Positions 12,302-25,095 of a stretch of 64,000 bases of DNA are shown piece by piece. The stretch lies in contig LSRY02000011.1 in the NCBI GenBank assembly GCA_001643675.2, forward strand, positions 1,798,001 to 1,862,000, in the 5' to 3' direction. The translations under genes and the position numbers were made by a program. The stretch's first letter is position 1. Every line of letters begins with the position of its first letter. The notes beneath the pieces are model-generated. The model saw nothing but the letters and a program-made list of their open reading frames with translations. It was not told the origin of the DNA and did not search any database. Origin of the DNA: Monocercomonoides exilis PA203. Its lineage: Eukaryota > Protista > Preaxostyla.

Positions 12302-15300
12302 TCAATTCAGAAATTTCAATAATTGAATCACTTCTTCCAATTTTGGTCTGCTATCTGGCTCATCTGCCCACATCTGCTCCATCAATTCAACCATTTCTTC
12401 GTCAATCCCTTCTGTCAGCTGTCGCACTCCATCACTCATCATTTTTTGTGCTTTTTCTGCCTCACACTCGCTCAATGGCACATCCCCTGTTGTCATTTCA
12501 TGGAGAATCAGTCCAAGTGAAAAAACAGCAGCCTTTTCCATATCCTCTTCTCCAACTCTAGCTTCAGGAGCCTTCCATCGCTTCATTTCCTCTTTCTGCT
12601 TCTCTTCCTCCAATTCCTCTGTCATAACAAATATTTCATTATTTCCTTCTTCAACAAAGATTGAATATGGGCACAACTGCCTCACCATCATTTCCACTCT
12701 TTCATCATTAACCGAAATCAAATGCTCAAACAGCTCTGCAACTGCTATAACCACCTCTTTCCCATCGACAACATCCATCGCTCTTGTTCCCAGCGTGAAA
12801 TTACCTTGCACTGAATGAATCACTGAATGCAATGTTTTGATGTTCTTTTTCTCCTTTTCTTGAAATGGCTTCTTTGCTGATATTACATTGAGTGGATGAG
12901 ATTGAGGTACGAATGAAACAGAAGCATTCTCGGAAAACTGTATTGGAGATTCCAAATCTGGCAGATCATTTTCATTTTGAATGTCATCGGTCATTAAAGG
13001 AGGCTCTGGAAGATCTTCTTCATCGTTTTCAATGAGAAACGGAATTTGGCTTGTCATCCCTTCAAGCAACGTCGATGGCATTTCACTCATCTCAATGTTT
13101 CCTCCATTCTCTCCTCTTCTCCTCTCGATATTCCCCAATATCTGCTCGTTTTCTGATCTTTCTTTTTCTACATTCTTTTCCAATTCCTTCAATTTCTTTC
13201 TCAGGAGCGCAACAACAACAATCACAAATAACAGAATCATTACAATAACAATACATCCAATAAAGGCAATAACGCCCCATTCAATTTGTTCCTCTCCTTT
13301 TGACATTATTTCATCCCCCTTTGGTTCAGTCTCATTTTTGTTCTTCAGAACGAATGAATTTGTTGATAAGGGAGATTCTGTATTTCCAAACAAAATACAC
13401 ACGCTCACTTCAATTTCATTTCCACAACCGCTGATTGTATCTTTTGCCACGCTCCCTTCGACTTCTCTTTCTGACAAGAATCCATTTGAATCAAAATCAA
13501 AATTTTCAATCTCTTTCTCTTCTCCCTTTCTCTTCACAACTGCGAATGACAGATTGCACGGAATAAGAAGCAATCCTTTAAATTTCAGCTTCATTCTATC
13601 TGTCTCTTCTTTTGCTTCTACTCTTTCCAACACAGGAATGAAAAATGATGAATCTCTCTCTGAAACAATCCCTTTAAAGCTGCACACATTATTCAGCATC
13701 CAAAGTGATGTATTTCTTTCCAATCCATCTCCTCCTTTCAAACTCATCACATTCAATGTTCCTGAATCAGAGCAGATGATATTTCTTCTCAATGATGGAT
13801 ATCCTTCAATTGATGGACTATTGTTTGAGAAATTCCCTGCTTCAATTATCGCATTTCCTCCACTCATTGTTATTCCACCTTCCGGTGAATTCGAGATTGT
13901 TGTATCTTTCATCATCACAGAACTCTTCACAACAGCCACAAGAGATCCATTCCACATGCAGGCATCGCTCATTCCTTCGTTTCTTTTCCATCCTTCATCT
14001 TTGGTGGAAGAACTTCCATCAAACACACACGAATCGAAAGAAGCATTTGAACAGCAGTTGAAGGAGGCGATTGCCCCCTTCATTGGCTAAGAAGTGCAAT
14101 TCACAGTTGAGCAGTTTTGCAGATGGACTGGATATCTGCTTAAAAAGCAGTCAAATATGCTTGCTGTTTTTGATTCAACACTTGATGCACATGTGATGTT
14201 GCTGAATGATGCTTGTATTATGCTGCACAATTCATCGTTTCCTTCTGTCAAATCATTCTGCTGAGAAGTGCAACACACAACATCACCATCGCAGAGCTTG
14301 ATGTTTTCAACAAACAATTCCTTGACAATCACCTGCCCATCCAATGAATCCACCAGAATGGCATGCTTTTTGATTGTTGATTTGATGAGTTTCATCTTTT
14401 CAATCGACAAACTCGAATGAGCTGGAGCAATGACTGTTTCAGCCTCCACAGATGAGCAAGTCAACGACGAAACAGAGACATTCGATGAAGAGGCTGTGAT
14501 CATTCCTTTCCCCCACGACGAATTGTCGATTTCCACATCAATCATATTTGCACTTGCCTGATTTGCCACAACCAATGAAGAATCTGAAGAAACAGCCTTG
14601 ATCTGTATCTGGCTGATATGAGTGCTTGCTGATGGACTCAGAAGAAGAATATCATTGTGGATGTTGAGCGAATCAAACACCACTTTTTGTATTTCCAACT
14701 GTCCTGCTGAAACGACAAAAAGGGTCTGGCTGAGCACCATCGCTTCTGAACTTCCTGTGAATGTGCATGACATGATTGAGGTAGCTCCATTCTGTTCGTT
14801 GAACACTGACAGATGCGACGAGGCATATTCTTCAGAAAAGAGAAAATCCATCTTCTCGAAAGACACACTCCCCACGCACTCCATTAATCCCAAATACTTT
14901 GTTTCACTTGCTGTTGCGCTCTTCAACAGCACACAGCAGTAGCTGTTCAATGAAAAGCTCTTCACAACCACATCTCTGAATTCCGCTTCTTCAGACACTG
15001 CTGTCTCTTTTTCTGCAATCACTTGACTGTAGATCGAAGGGATCACATGCAGCACCCCATACGACAGCGAACGGCATAGCGAGAACACACTTCCACATGA
15101 CTTCGCATCAGCAGCGCCTGACGCAATTCCATTCACAAATATCAGCTCGCTCTGATACATCACAACCATGGGGATGATGTCAACATCGTGTGATGGAAGT
15201 GCTGCATCCACGCCCCATATCGAGTTGTGTCTGTTGAATGGGGGCTCTCTGAAATCCAAAAGGAAGTGGCGCTCGCTGATCTGACTGGACAAGTTGTCGC

Positions 15301-18300
15301 ACTGGATGAACATGTCGCGCCCCACAATTGCATTGTTGCTCGAGAATGTCACATTCGATATCACAAATGGTAGGAGTGAATGCTCTGCATCCGCTCCGTT
15401 CAGATACATCCCTCCTCCTTTCCCAACAGCTGTCTCACACAAGCTCATGATCGAATCGTTCACCTCAAACAAGGAGCCTTTGCCCAATCCAACAAACAAT
15501 GCCCCGCCACAACTGCTCGAATCCTCGCAGCACTTCAAAAATGTCGAATTCTTAACTGTCACAGACACATCACTGTCTGAGGAATCAATCTTCGCTATGC
15601 TTGTTGTGTTCCCTGTTTCTGTTGTCGAAAGAAATGAGCACGAATCAAACATAATGCTGTGTCCCTTCGCATCCTCGTTGCTTAGATGCTCTTGATAGAG
15701 CACTTCAACAAGCGAAACAGCAGATATAATGTTTTCTATTTTGCAGTTCTTCAGAGCATGATCCCCACCATTGACAAGAACAAGATTGAATGAGATCGTG
15801 GTTGAGGAAGAATTAGTGAGGGAGCATGCCTCGAGAGTCAGCACTGATGTGGGAAATGGCAATGCAAACAAGGTGCTGTGCCCATTTGCAAAGGCATCTG
15901 GAAGTGAGAATGTCACATCTTTCACAATCCCATCTCCAACCTCAACAATGCAATCTCTCGCTTTTGGAATGGCACCACTCACAGAAAGGACAGCTGTTTC
16001 TTCGCTGTTTGATTCAATCAGCAGGTGAACAAGATCGAATTCATCTCCCACATTTCCTGTTTCGCCAATCTCAATCCTTCTTTCTTCGCCATCTGCCACT
16101 CGTGTGATCCCATAGTCAACGCTTGTGCACTGGAACGAGCGTTTCCCACATCCAATGTAGTTCATCCCTTTTGTCGAGTTCACATAAATGACTCGGCTTC
16201 GATATCCCAGAACAAAATCAAACAGATCTTCATCCTTGGAATGAAACCAAGATGAATCAGTCCCCACCAGAGAATTGTTTCTTTCAGACACTGCAACTGC
16301 CGCAGCAAACGAAAAGGATGACGGATCAACAATCTCAAGCAAGTCCTTGCAGGTCACAAACACATCACGGCCAGTAAATGCGCTGTTCTCTTTCAGGCTC
16401 ATCATCCCCAGAGCAAAGTCTCCATGGCTTTCAGGGAAATGCATCCAAAGAAAGCCTCCCTTCCCAACCCTTCTGTTTTCGCAGCTGCACTTTTGGCACA
16501 CACTCGTTCCATTGATTGAAAAGCTCCCAGACTCTTCAACTGAGATCCTCATCGCTCCTCCTTCATCACTTGTTGGTGATGAAACGCTCTCAAATGTGCA
16601 TCCATCAAACAACAAGTGAATGGTGGCATCAGTCGAGATGATCCCTGAGCAATTTGCTTCACAAACAGCTATTTCTCGAAATGTGCATGTTTTGAAAGTC
16701 AAAGACAGTGTGAGGTCACCGTTGCGAGCTGATGGGGAATTTAGAGGCTGCACTGATCCATCAACAGGAAACAAGGGATTTGTGCCCAATTCTGAATTGC
16801 TCACATTTAGAAAAATGATCTCAGCATCAACAGAAGGCGTGATTGCAAACACCTTTCCCGAAAAGGATATCGATGAAAGTGTGATATCTTCTATTGTGAG
16901 TTTTCCTTCAGAAACATCAAACAACACATACGAGATGGGAGCTGATGTTTGGTTCACAAATTGACAGCCATTGACTGTGAGTTCGCTTGTTGTTGAATGC
17001 GAATGAATCAGCGTGTTCTGTGAATGGACAAACGATGAAGGAATCGAAAATACAATCTTGTTCAACTTCAGCACTCCTGTTGTCAAGATCACTTTTCCTG
17101 TCTGCCCTTCAAGTGATGAGTTAACAACAAGATTGCATTCTGAATCGCTGTCTGATTTTATTGCATGAGAGTTCGGAACAGTTTCTGAGGACAGTGTGGT
17201 TGACAAATGGATCGTGATTGTCAACTCTCCAACACTCGCGGCTTGTCGAATGGAATAATCTAGTGTTTTGCACGGAACATCGTTTCCACAGTATAAGCGT
17301 TTTCGCCTTCACTGCCACTTGTGCTGATTGTTGTTGATTGAAGCCCTGTGATGAAAATGAAGAGATCCACATCGTTTTCGAAAAAGTTTTCATCAGCTCC
17401 ACACAGCGAGTTCTCCCGTTTTTCAGACTCGATGAGAAATGCCCACGAAAATGTCACATTGTTCACTTTTGTCCTGAGATCCTTCAAAGAAGCATAAACA
17501 TCCATTCCCACTGATCCACAGTTGTCTGCAAATTCGAGGTTGATCAGACTGAGCGATACATCTTCGGCCATGCTGGAGATGCACAGCCCACCTCCAAATC
17601 CTCCTTTTCCATTGGCTCTTTGTGCAGAACACACAGAAAATGATGTGGCGTTTGTTGATTCACCAATAGCAAGGCTTCCTCCCCTTTCCAGAACAACTTT
17701 CACTCCTCCTCCATTTCCTTCTTTTGCTGTGCAATTGTCAAATGCACATTCACATATTTCAAGCTCACAACCAGAACTAATGGTTGCAGAAATACCTCCA
17801 CCTTCTCCTCCATTTCGAACAATCATCTCCAGTGTGCAGTTCGAAACTCTCAATGAACACGATCCACAAAGCAAAATCCATGATGCATCCAACAGCCAGA
17901 ACGACGAGATGTGAGTGTATTCGATTGTGGCCTCGCCTCCTTTCAGCATTATCATCGAGCTGGAGAATGCATTTGACTCAGAGTACCCGCTCCCTGATGC
18001 GAGGGTGCAACCATCCACATGGAGTGATCCTGACCCTTCCAAAAGAAACACCAATGAATCTGCAGTCGATTGTGCAGAATCGTGAATGATCTGAATCGAG
18101 TTTGTGCTCAAATGCCCATCCTCAACTGAAAATAGTGAAGTCGATGCGAGAGCAGTTGTTATTGTCAGCTCTCCACCTGTGCTCCCAACAATTTCCATTT
18201 TCTTGTTTGCCACATTGCAGCCTTGCTCGACAATCCTCACTGACTCAATCACCACTCTTGTGCTTTCTGCTTTATGCGGATCAACCAACACAGGGATATA

Positions 18301-19840
18301 GCCCACTGTCCTGCACTTCCTTTCATTCTTTCCACAAGCCTCGTTGTCATCTCCAGTCTCGCTGTTCACATACAACGCTCCAGAATAATAATATGGAATC
18401 CACTCACTCACATCTTTTTCCCCATGCATCACTCGATTCGATCCCAATGTCTTTGATCGGCATTCAACCAGCATTGACTGGTCTGCATTCTCAACCCACT
18501 CCCCCATTACTGAAACATCTTTTCCTCCATTTCTGGCTGAGTTTTCCTCAAAGAAGCAAAACATCACAACCCCTGTATAATCGCCACCCCAATCACTATC
18601 TCCCCAAAAGCAAACACCTCCGGCTGTGAGACCAGAACATTTTGTTAAACTGCAATCACTAATTGACACGTTGTGTCCATCTCCAATTAAAATGCCTCCT
18701 GAACTGAAAGTTATTCTATCTCCTTCTTCAGAACAATTTATGAAATAACAGCAAATAATTAATATATTTCCAGGATACCGATTCAAAAACACGCACCCAC
18801 ATTCTTCTCCATGTGAATCAGAAATGTTTGTATTTCTCATTTGCATGTTATTCTGATAATCACTCATTAAAAACCCTCCAAAAATAGTGGCAACATATTT
18901 TTCTCCAATTGTATTGTTGATGATTAATGCACTCAGCGCTGGTGCATTGTCGGTTCCTATGGCTCCTCCACTTTGAGAAGAATTGCATGCAAAGAACATA
19001 CATCTCTCAATTGTCATTGGATAGTTAATACGATGATAAATAGCACCTCCATGACCTTCAGATTTGCAATTGAAATAAGTGTCAGAGAAAAACACAGGTT
19101 CTGTTCCATTTGTTGTAACTGTATTAACAACAGTTTTGCTGTAACTGCATTTTCGAAAAGATGTGTTGAACACTGCAAAACCTCCTGTTGAAAGCAATCC
19201 ACTGACAATGCATCCATAATATGGTGTTGTCATATCCGAAAAATCACAGCTGTCAACAATCGCTTTTGTATTCGACAAAGAAACGGTTTTCACTCTTTTT
19301 TGTTGTGTGACATTGAAAAAGTGGCAATCTTCCAAAGACACAAATGAAGTGCCACAATCACCCACAAAGGGGCAAGTCTTCGAAATCACCATAGAACTGA
19401 TTGCACTGCATTCCAAGACTATTTTCCCTTCATTTTGGTTCTCTAATCCAGGAGCGGACGAGACAATCGATCGAATTGAGCATCTGCCATCAAATGAATG
19501 AAAACTCAGATTTGATGCCCAAACAAAGCCATTTGACAAGAAAAGGGTATGTTTTGGACAAGGGTGATTCATGCAAAAGCGGATATCAATTAACTTCGTT
19601 TTGGATTTTTCATCAACAACAAACACGTGATCTTCTGAATGAACAGACCAAAAATCAACACGAATCATCGCAGAAGAAGCATTGTGGAAAAGAATGTGCA
19701 CATCTGCTATTTGTGGTTTTGTGAAAGCTGTGAAGCTTTCTGATTTCTTTTCATCACAAAAATCTCTCAAATAATAATCGTTTATCTCGTTGAAGCAAAC
19801 AACACAAATAAAAATGCAAATACAAAAAAAGCAACAGCAT
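12302..19840 (-). pseudogene. Large type-I membrane receptor pseudokinase (signal peptide, repeated pectin-lyase/Pmp-like beta-helix modules, one TM, TKL kinase C-lobe), disrupted three times
   Basis: ATG at 19840 gives the signal peptide MLLLFCICIFICVVCF only if one base of the A7 run (19824-19830) is removed. A one-base frameshift at ~17291 splits GENAY/CGNDVPCKTLDY, and there is an in-frame TAG at 14087-14089. Repeated YVN..G.D...CG.....C.T/S and GGA(I)/FxxN motifs. TM is WGVIAFIGCIVIVMILLFVIVVVALL. Kinase C-lobe motifs are RWKAPE, VFSLGLILHEMTTGDVP and PDSRP. Confidence 0.8.
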
Positions 19841-21012
19841 TATAACAGAAAAGAAAATATGTACTTCTATTTTATAAAGGTACAAGCAATAAAGTTAGCT
19901 TGAAATTGCGATTTGTTTGAAGAAGAAAAAAAAGTTATATATATGTAACTTTTTGGATCAGTTTTAAAAGAAAAAAAGTTGGAATTGAAATAGAATGATT
20001 CAATATGAATGAAAATAGATAAAGCAAATTATCATGGGTTCTTTTGAAATAACTCATTCTATTGGAATCATACATCAATTGGTTAAAAATCAACCTTTAC
20101 AAAATCGCTTTCATCAAATGGATTTTCTTATCATATTCAAAAGAAATTCTCATTTGTTCCATATTCAAGCAGCATTTCAGTATTAGTTTAACATCTTTAA
20201 TCTTTGAAAATTTAACATTATAATTTTTTAAATCTTGACTAAAATGGATATCCATCAAAATTTTTTGAATTATTTTTGTAAAATGAATAATGATAAATCA
20301 TATTCTTCAATTAATTAAATAAAAATGGCGGTCAAAAAAATCTTGCAGTTAGCTACAAAATATATTCGATAATTTCACAAAGTTTGTTAATTCTTATTTG
20401 TTATTTTTTTATCATCATATTTTTTTTTGATCAAACAGATTCAAAAATACAAAAATAATATCCAATTGTATAGGGGAAAGTAAATGAATGAATAATATTT
20501 CACTGAAATTGTTAAAGATACCAGATTATACCTGTTGCTCACCCCTTCACTCGATACTCCATCTGTAACTGTATTATTTATCCCAGTTGTTTTTGAGTCA
20601 TTCCATTCGCACCAAGTGAACGAAATCGTCAAATCGTCAGTCTGATTCTGTCTCCCAGATTTTGATGGATTCCCTTCACTCCCGCTGACAGCAACATTCT
20701 CAGACAGATAGCATCTGATAAAAGAGGTCTTTGAAACGATCAATGAGGAAAAGGGGTTGTTGAGTGATGGAACAATTCCTCCATCATATACGTCACAAAC
20801 TGGTGAGAATGAGCAACTGTTCATCAGACATGAGATTTGGGATAATACAGTTGTTGGAGGTGAACATGCATCATTTGCTGTTGAAATGTTGAAATATGTC
20901 AGATGTGAGAGGGATGCAAGGGGTATAGAGCGAGATGAAAGAAATGGGGCTGATGAGACACAAAAATAAGAGAAGCTAAACTCTCTCACTAAAATACTCC
21001 CTTCAATGCATA

Positions 21013-21216
21013 CTCTCTCTCTCTCTCTCTCCTTCTCCTTCTCTTCCTTCTCTTCCTTCTCCTTCTCCTTTATTTACTCCACAAATGATGCTCCTCCTTT
21101 TTTCGAATCTTCTGCTTTTCTCTCTTCACTTTCTTTCGTATATTCATCTTCTCTTTCTTCTGTGTCTCTTTTTTCTTCTCTTTCTTCTTCTCTTTCTTCT
21201 TCTCTTTCTTCTTCTT
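21013..21216. repeat. Pyrimidine-rich simple repeats: (CT)n, (TCCTTC)n and a 12-bp TCTCTTTCTTCT unit
   Basis: Directly visible in the sequence. Confidence 0.8.
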
Positions 21217-21493
21217 TGCATAAGATCGCTTCGTTCATATTTCTTCAAATAATTTATCAAATTCCTTGCGATTTTCTTTTGAACTGTCTATCTTCCACAG
21301 AGATGCGGAATTACCGTACGGAAAAAAAGAACGGCTCTGAACGAGGGAATAAAATTCCGAATTTCTTTTGTTAATTGAAGGAGAAGTTGTTGAAATGCAA
21401 TTAGGAGATTTTGAAAAAGTGAAGATAAAAAGATACGTTGATATATAATCTTTCTGAGAAGAAATTTCCAAAAAAGAAAAAGCCAATGACGTA

Positions 21494-21520
21494 GAAGAAG
21501 AAGAAGAAGAAGAAGAAGAA

Positions 21521-21589
<69 letters not shown>
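21494..21589. repeat. Compound microsatellite (GAA)9(GAT)23
   Basis: Counted directly. It reads as poly-Ser in the minus-strand pseudogene frame. Confidence 0.95.
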
Positions 21590-21592
<3 letters not shown>

Positions 21593-23088
21593 ATTGTACC
21601 TGTTCCAATCGAACTCTTAACTTTGCCTATCCCAATGACAAAAATCTCCTTTGTCCCTATCTCGATCGTTGTCTCCTCGCATTGATGATTCTTTTCCATC
21701 AGCGTGACTGACAGACTCACCTGGATCACGCTCCGAATGACTGCAACACCAATGGTTCTGCATGTATATGATTCATTCACCCCACAAAACTCTTCTTCAC
21801 CACCACCACTCACTGCCACAAATCGGTTGAGAATCCCTCTCTTCAGCCAATCCTTCTTTTCTCTCCATTGATATTTCCAACTCCCTGAACTTGAATGATT
21901 ATATCCATAGCATACTCTCTGGCTATCTGCTTTTGTGATGTAACATTCTTTGAACGGATTTACTGAAGAAAAGTATAAATTGTAATTATCAAAGTATATC
22001 AAATCGTGCCCATGTGGAGGATCACCCAAACACTTGCATTCATGGGAAAAAAGGAAATAGCAATAAAGTCCATCACTTGGAGATGTTTCTTAGTTTGGAT
22101 TAAAATGCAATCCTTGGCCAGTTGATGTTGCGTTGTACGGAAATAAACTGGATGCTCTTCATTTTGAATGCAGTTTGAACACCGTATCAATACATTCCTC
22201 CTCCAACAGTATTTGTAAGTGATCGTCCAGTGAATAAGCCCTCGAAGGCACAAGCACTCTTTCCTTTGCAACTTTCCGTTTCAATATAGCTTTTCAAATC
22301 TGAAATTTTCCGGGGAAAAGTCCTTTTTGCAAATTGATTTAAATGGTAATTTTTACGCAATTCTAAAAATCTGCCCGTTGAATAATTTGCCGATTTATTT
22401 TCCTTTTCGACTTTTATTATCTCTTCTTTCATTGAGTAAAATTCAGCCAATTTTGAATAACAACATGTCACATTCATAGAAACGAAAATATAGCCTTTTC
22501 AATTTGTTGTGAAATTTGTGATTCAATTCTATCTCCATTCCTTTTGTAAAGAATTTTTTCAACCAATTTTTTATTAGAAACCATAACTGTTTGAAAAAAA
22601 ACAAAATTTGAACAATTTTTTGAACTTTCTGAATTTTTTTCAAATTGGTTTTTCGATTCATTGCTTTTTTCATATCCATTTATTAACATATTTATTCATA
22701 TTATAATTTTTTTTATTTTCACTGTCATCATTAATTATCAAATATCATTTTTATAGAAGCTTTCATGGTTCAATTATTTTCATTAAATAGAATTTATCAA
22801 CACAAAAAGTCTGATATATTCAGATGAATTTATTGTTTTGTCAAAATACAGAAATTATCCAATAAATTCTTAAAAAAACAAAATTATTTATTTATTTAAA
22901 AAAAAAACTTTAAAAAGTTTTGTTAATAAACAACGAAAAAAATCAAAATACTCAAAACTCTCAAAACAAAAAAACTTCTGCTTCCACGAGCAAGTCTTTT
23001 ATCTTAAAAATAAAAACCAAAACATTCAGAACTTTTCACAAAAATACGAAAATTTTAAAGCATTCTCGGAAATAGTTAATAATAATGT

Positions 23089-23265
23089 GGGACAGAATTC
23101 TTTCATTTATGAAAAATTCAATAATTTGTTCCAAACTTTTTCTGCAATCGTATGGAAATTATTCTTCCATGATCGTGCAATATTAAATATGAAAATATAA
23201 AAATCGAAAAAAATCTTTGAAAGAACTGTGTGGAACAAAATTCATAAAACACAAAATTTTGTCCC
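23089..23265. mobile_element. 177-bp MITE-like element with 25-bp imperfect TIRs and a flanking ATGT duplication
   Basis: Left end GGGACAGAATTCTTTCATTTATGAA versus reverse complement of the right end GGGACAAAATTTTGTGTTTTATGAA (19/25). ATGT lies at 23085-23088 and 23266-23269. Confidence 0.6.
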
Positions 23266-23439
23266 ATGTTTAAATTTTTTTCGATAATAAATAAAATTCC
23301 CAAAGTTTTCTTGGGACAATAAAATAAAAATTCCGAATGAAAAATAGTGGTTTGAAAATTAACTCACCCTATTTCTCCCTCGTATATTGCTTTTCTTTTT
23401 CTTTTGACATTATTATTATTAAAATAATTATGATTATTT

Positions 23440-24634
23440 CTAATATTTTCCCACTTCTTCATGATTGAAAATTAGACATTGATGCATAAGCCTTCCATCA
23501 TCTTCTGTGAGATCGTTTGCCTGAATATTTAGATTTGTCAGCCACACAGCAATTTCTATATCAATTTTGGCATCATCCAGCCCATTCCGATATCTGTTCG
23601 CTAATTGCTTCCACAGTCGTTTCATCCTGCCGAAAAACCAAAAAGCAGGAATCCTCTTTTTAGCTAACTGCGCGTTGTATTCGATCTCTTCTTTAGCTTT
23701 AGTATTTTTCATCGGAGTTATTAACTCCAAACCTTCCACCACCCCATGATATCCTCGATCAGCCATTATTTTCCATTGAGTATTGAGTTTATTCAGGCCA
23801 TTCTTATGTCTGTCCTCGTTTGTTACCTGTAAGTATTCAACTAAGGGATGTGAATGTTTTTTGTATAGAGAAAAATCATGTGCATGTCCTTCAACCACTT
23901 CAAATGCGGATAATGCTTCAAATGGATAAGAAGCAGCAACAGCAACATGAATTTTCACACCATAAACTTTATGATGTCCGTCCCATTAAAGTTTTTGATA
24001 TTCAAAGCTTCCAACTGGCTTTTCAGTTCGTATGGAGGTCGCATCGACCAGTAATGCAACTGTTCCAAATAAGTTATCGCTTTAAATGAATATTAGCCTT
24101 CTCTTTTTGTTCTTTAATATTCTCAGTACTTGTTATAAATATGGGCACACAAAGTATTTCGTATCAGAAATTTCGTGGTTCGTTTTTTCTTTGATAAAAT
24201 CTCTTTTTGTCTGTGTTTTCCTTGAATGCAACCATTCCAAGAAATAAAGCAATTTGTCTGAATCAGAAAAAAACACACTTTGGACCCCTCCTTATTATTT
24301 TGGAAAATAGGCTATTTAGTTAACTTACAATAGATAAATTTTGAAACTCAGACAATTATTATCTGAAAAAGAACTTTCATGTTCAAATAAATTTGTGCAA
24401 TTCTCCATCTGGCTCTGGAGAAGGAAGGTCCCTAACTTTTTTCACAAGAAAATGAGCTTTTATTCTTTGTTTGATATTTTTATCAATTTTCAGAAAAGCT
24501 GATGATGAAGAAAATTTAAAAAATTTACGACTGTCGAATTTCTGAATCAGATACAAACAATCCAAAAAATGAAATTCATAAATATCAAACTCGTTTTCCT
24601 TTTTCGCATGTTGAGAATGAGAAATGACGTTCAT
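23440..24634 (-). mobile_element. Inactivated PIF/Harbinger/ISL2EU-type (DDE_Tnp_4-like) transposase
   Basis: In one frame: LLVDATSIR...KL*WDGHHKVYGVKIHV...GHAHD...MADRGYHG...LITPMK...YNAQLAKKRIPAFWFFGRMKRLWKQL. Premature TAA at 23986-23988. An upstream frameshifted HTH-like piece reads RRGPK...DKLLYFLEWL. The 5' limit is uncertain. Confidence 0.85.
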
Positions 24635-24827
24635 TTGACTTCTACATGCTTGACTGGAGTTAACGTTGGTATTTAATGAATTCGAACTGGAAACTATTGC
24701 TCATAATAACGATAATATTTGTGAACACAGCATTTCACTGGTGTAATTTTCATGTTGAATATCTGTATTTCAAACTTGGGAGTTTGAGCTATTGGTTTTT
24801 GCGTCTCAATGTTAAAAATAAATTTAT

Positions 24828-25095
24828 GGGGAGAAATATAGACTTTCAAACTTTTTTTGCACAAAGCATGAAAATTTTGATTCACTTCTAACATTATTAA
24901 ACTTTTACAGACTTCAAAATAAATTAGATTTTCATAACTGCAAACAAACATCATTGATGAAATAACAAAATATTTTGTAACTTCACATGTTTATCAAAAA
25001 ATAAACACATTTATTCCAAATTTTTTGATCACAAAAAGTTCATCTGACGCTCAAAATTTTTCAATGAAAATGCCTGAAGTCAAATATTTTGTCCC
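24828..25095 (+). mobile_element. MITE-like element, copy 1 (268 bp)
   Basis: Begins GGGGAGAAATATAGACTTTCAA and ends TGAAGTCAAATATTTTGTCCC (imperfect TIR). Collinear with 26810-27076; both share TTTTCAATGAAAATGCCTGAA. Confidence 0.7.

Larger units (their letters stand above)
20441..22280 (-). pseudogene. Degraded fragments of a related Cys/Ser-rich surface-protein family
   Basis: The fragments DVYDGGIVPSLNNP...FTWCEWNDSKTTG (20441-20989) and GGGMY...FVAVSGGGEEEFCGVNESYTCRTIG (21590-22280) share the V..G....CG.....CRT module with the upstream receptor. Stops, frameshifts and microsatellites intervene. Confidence 0.65.

Noticed and set aside
14087-14089. In-frame TAG as evidence for a TAR=Gln genetic code
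   Set aside because: VPS13 and Arf end in TAA and PUF60 in TAG, and the 6296- and 3054-codon ORFs contain no internal TAR. The standard code fits.
12981-14090. 369-aa plus-strand ORF
   Set aside because: Antisense shadow of the receptor gene, with no independent motifs.
21288-21608. Poly-His/poly-Leu ORF
   Set aside because: An alternative frame of the (GAA)(GAT) microsatellite.
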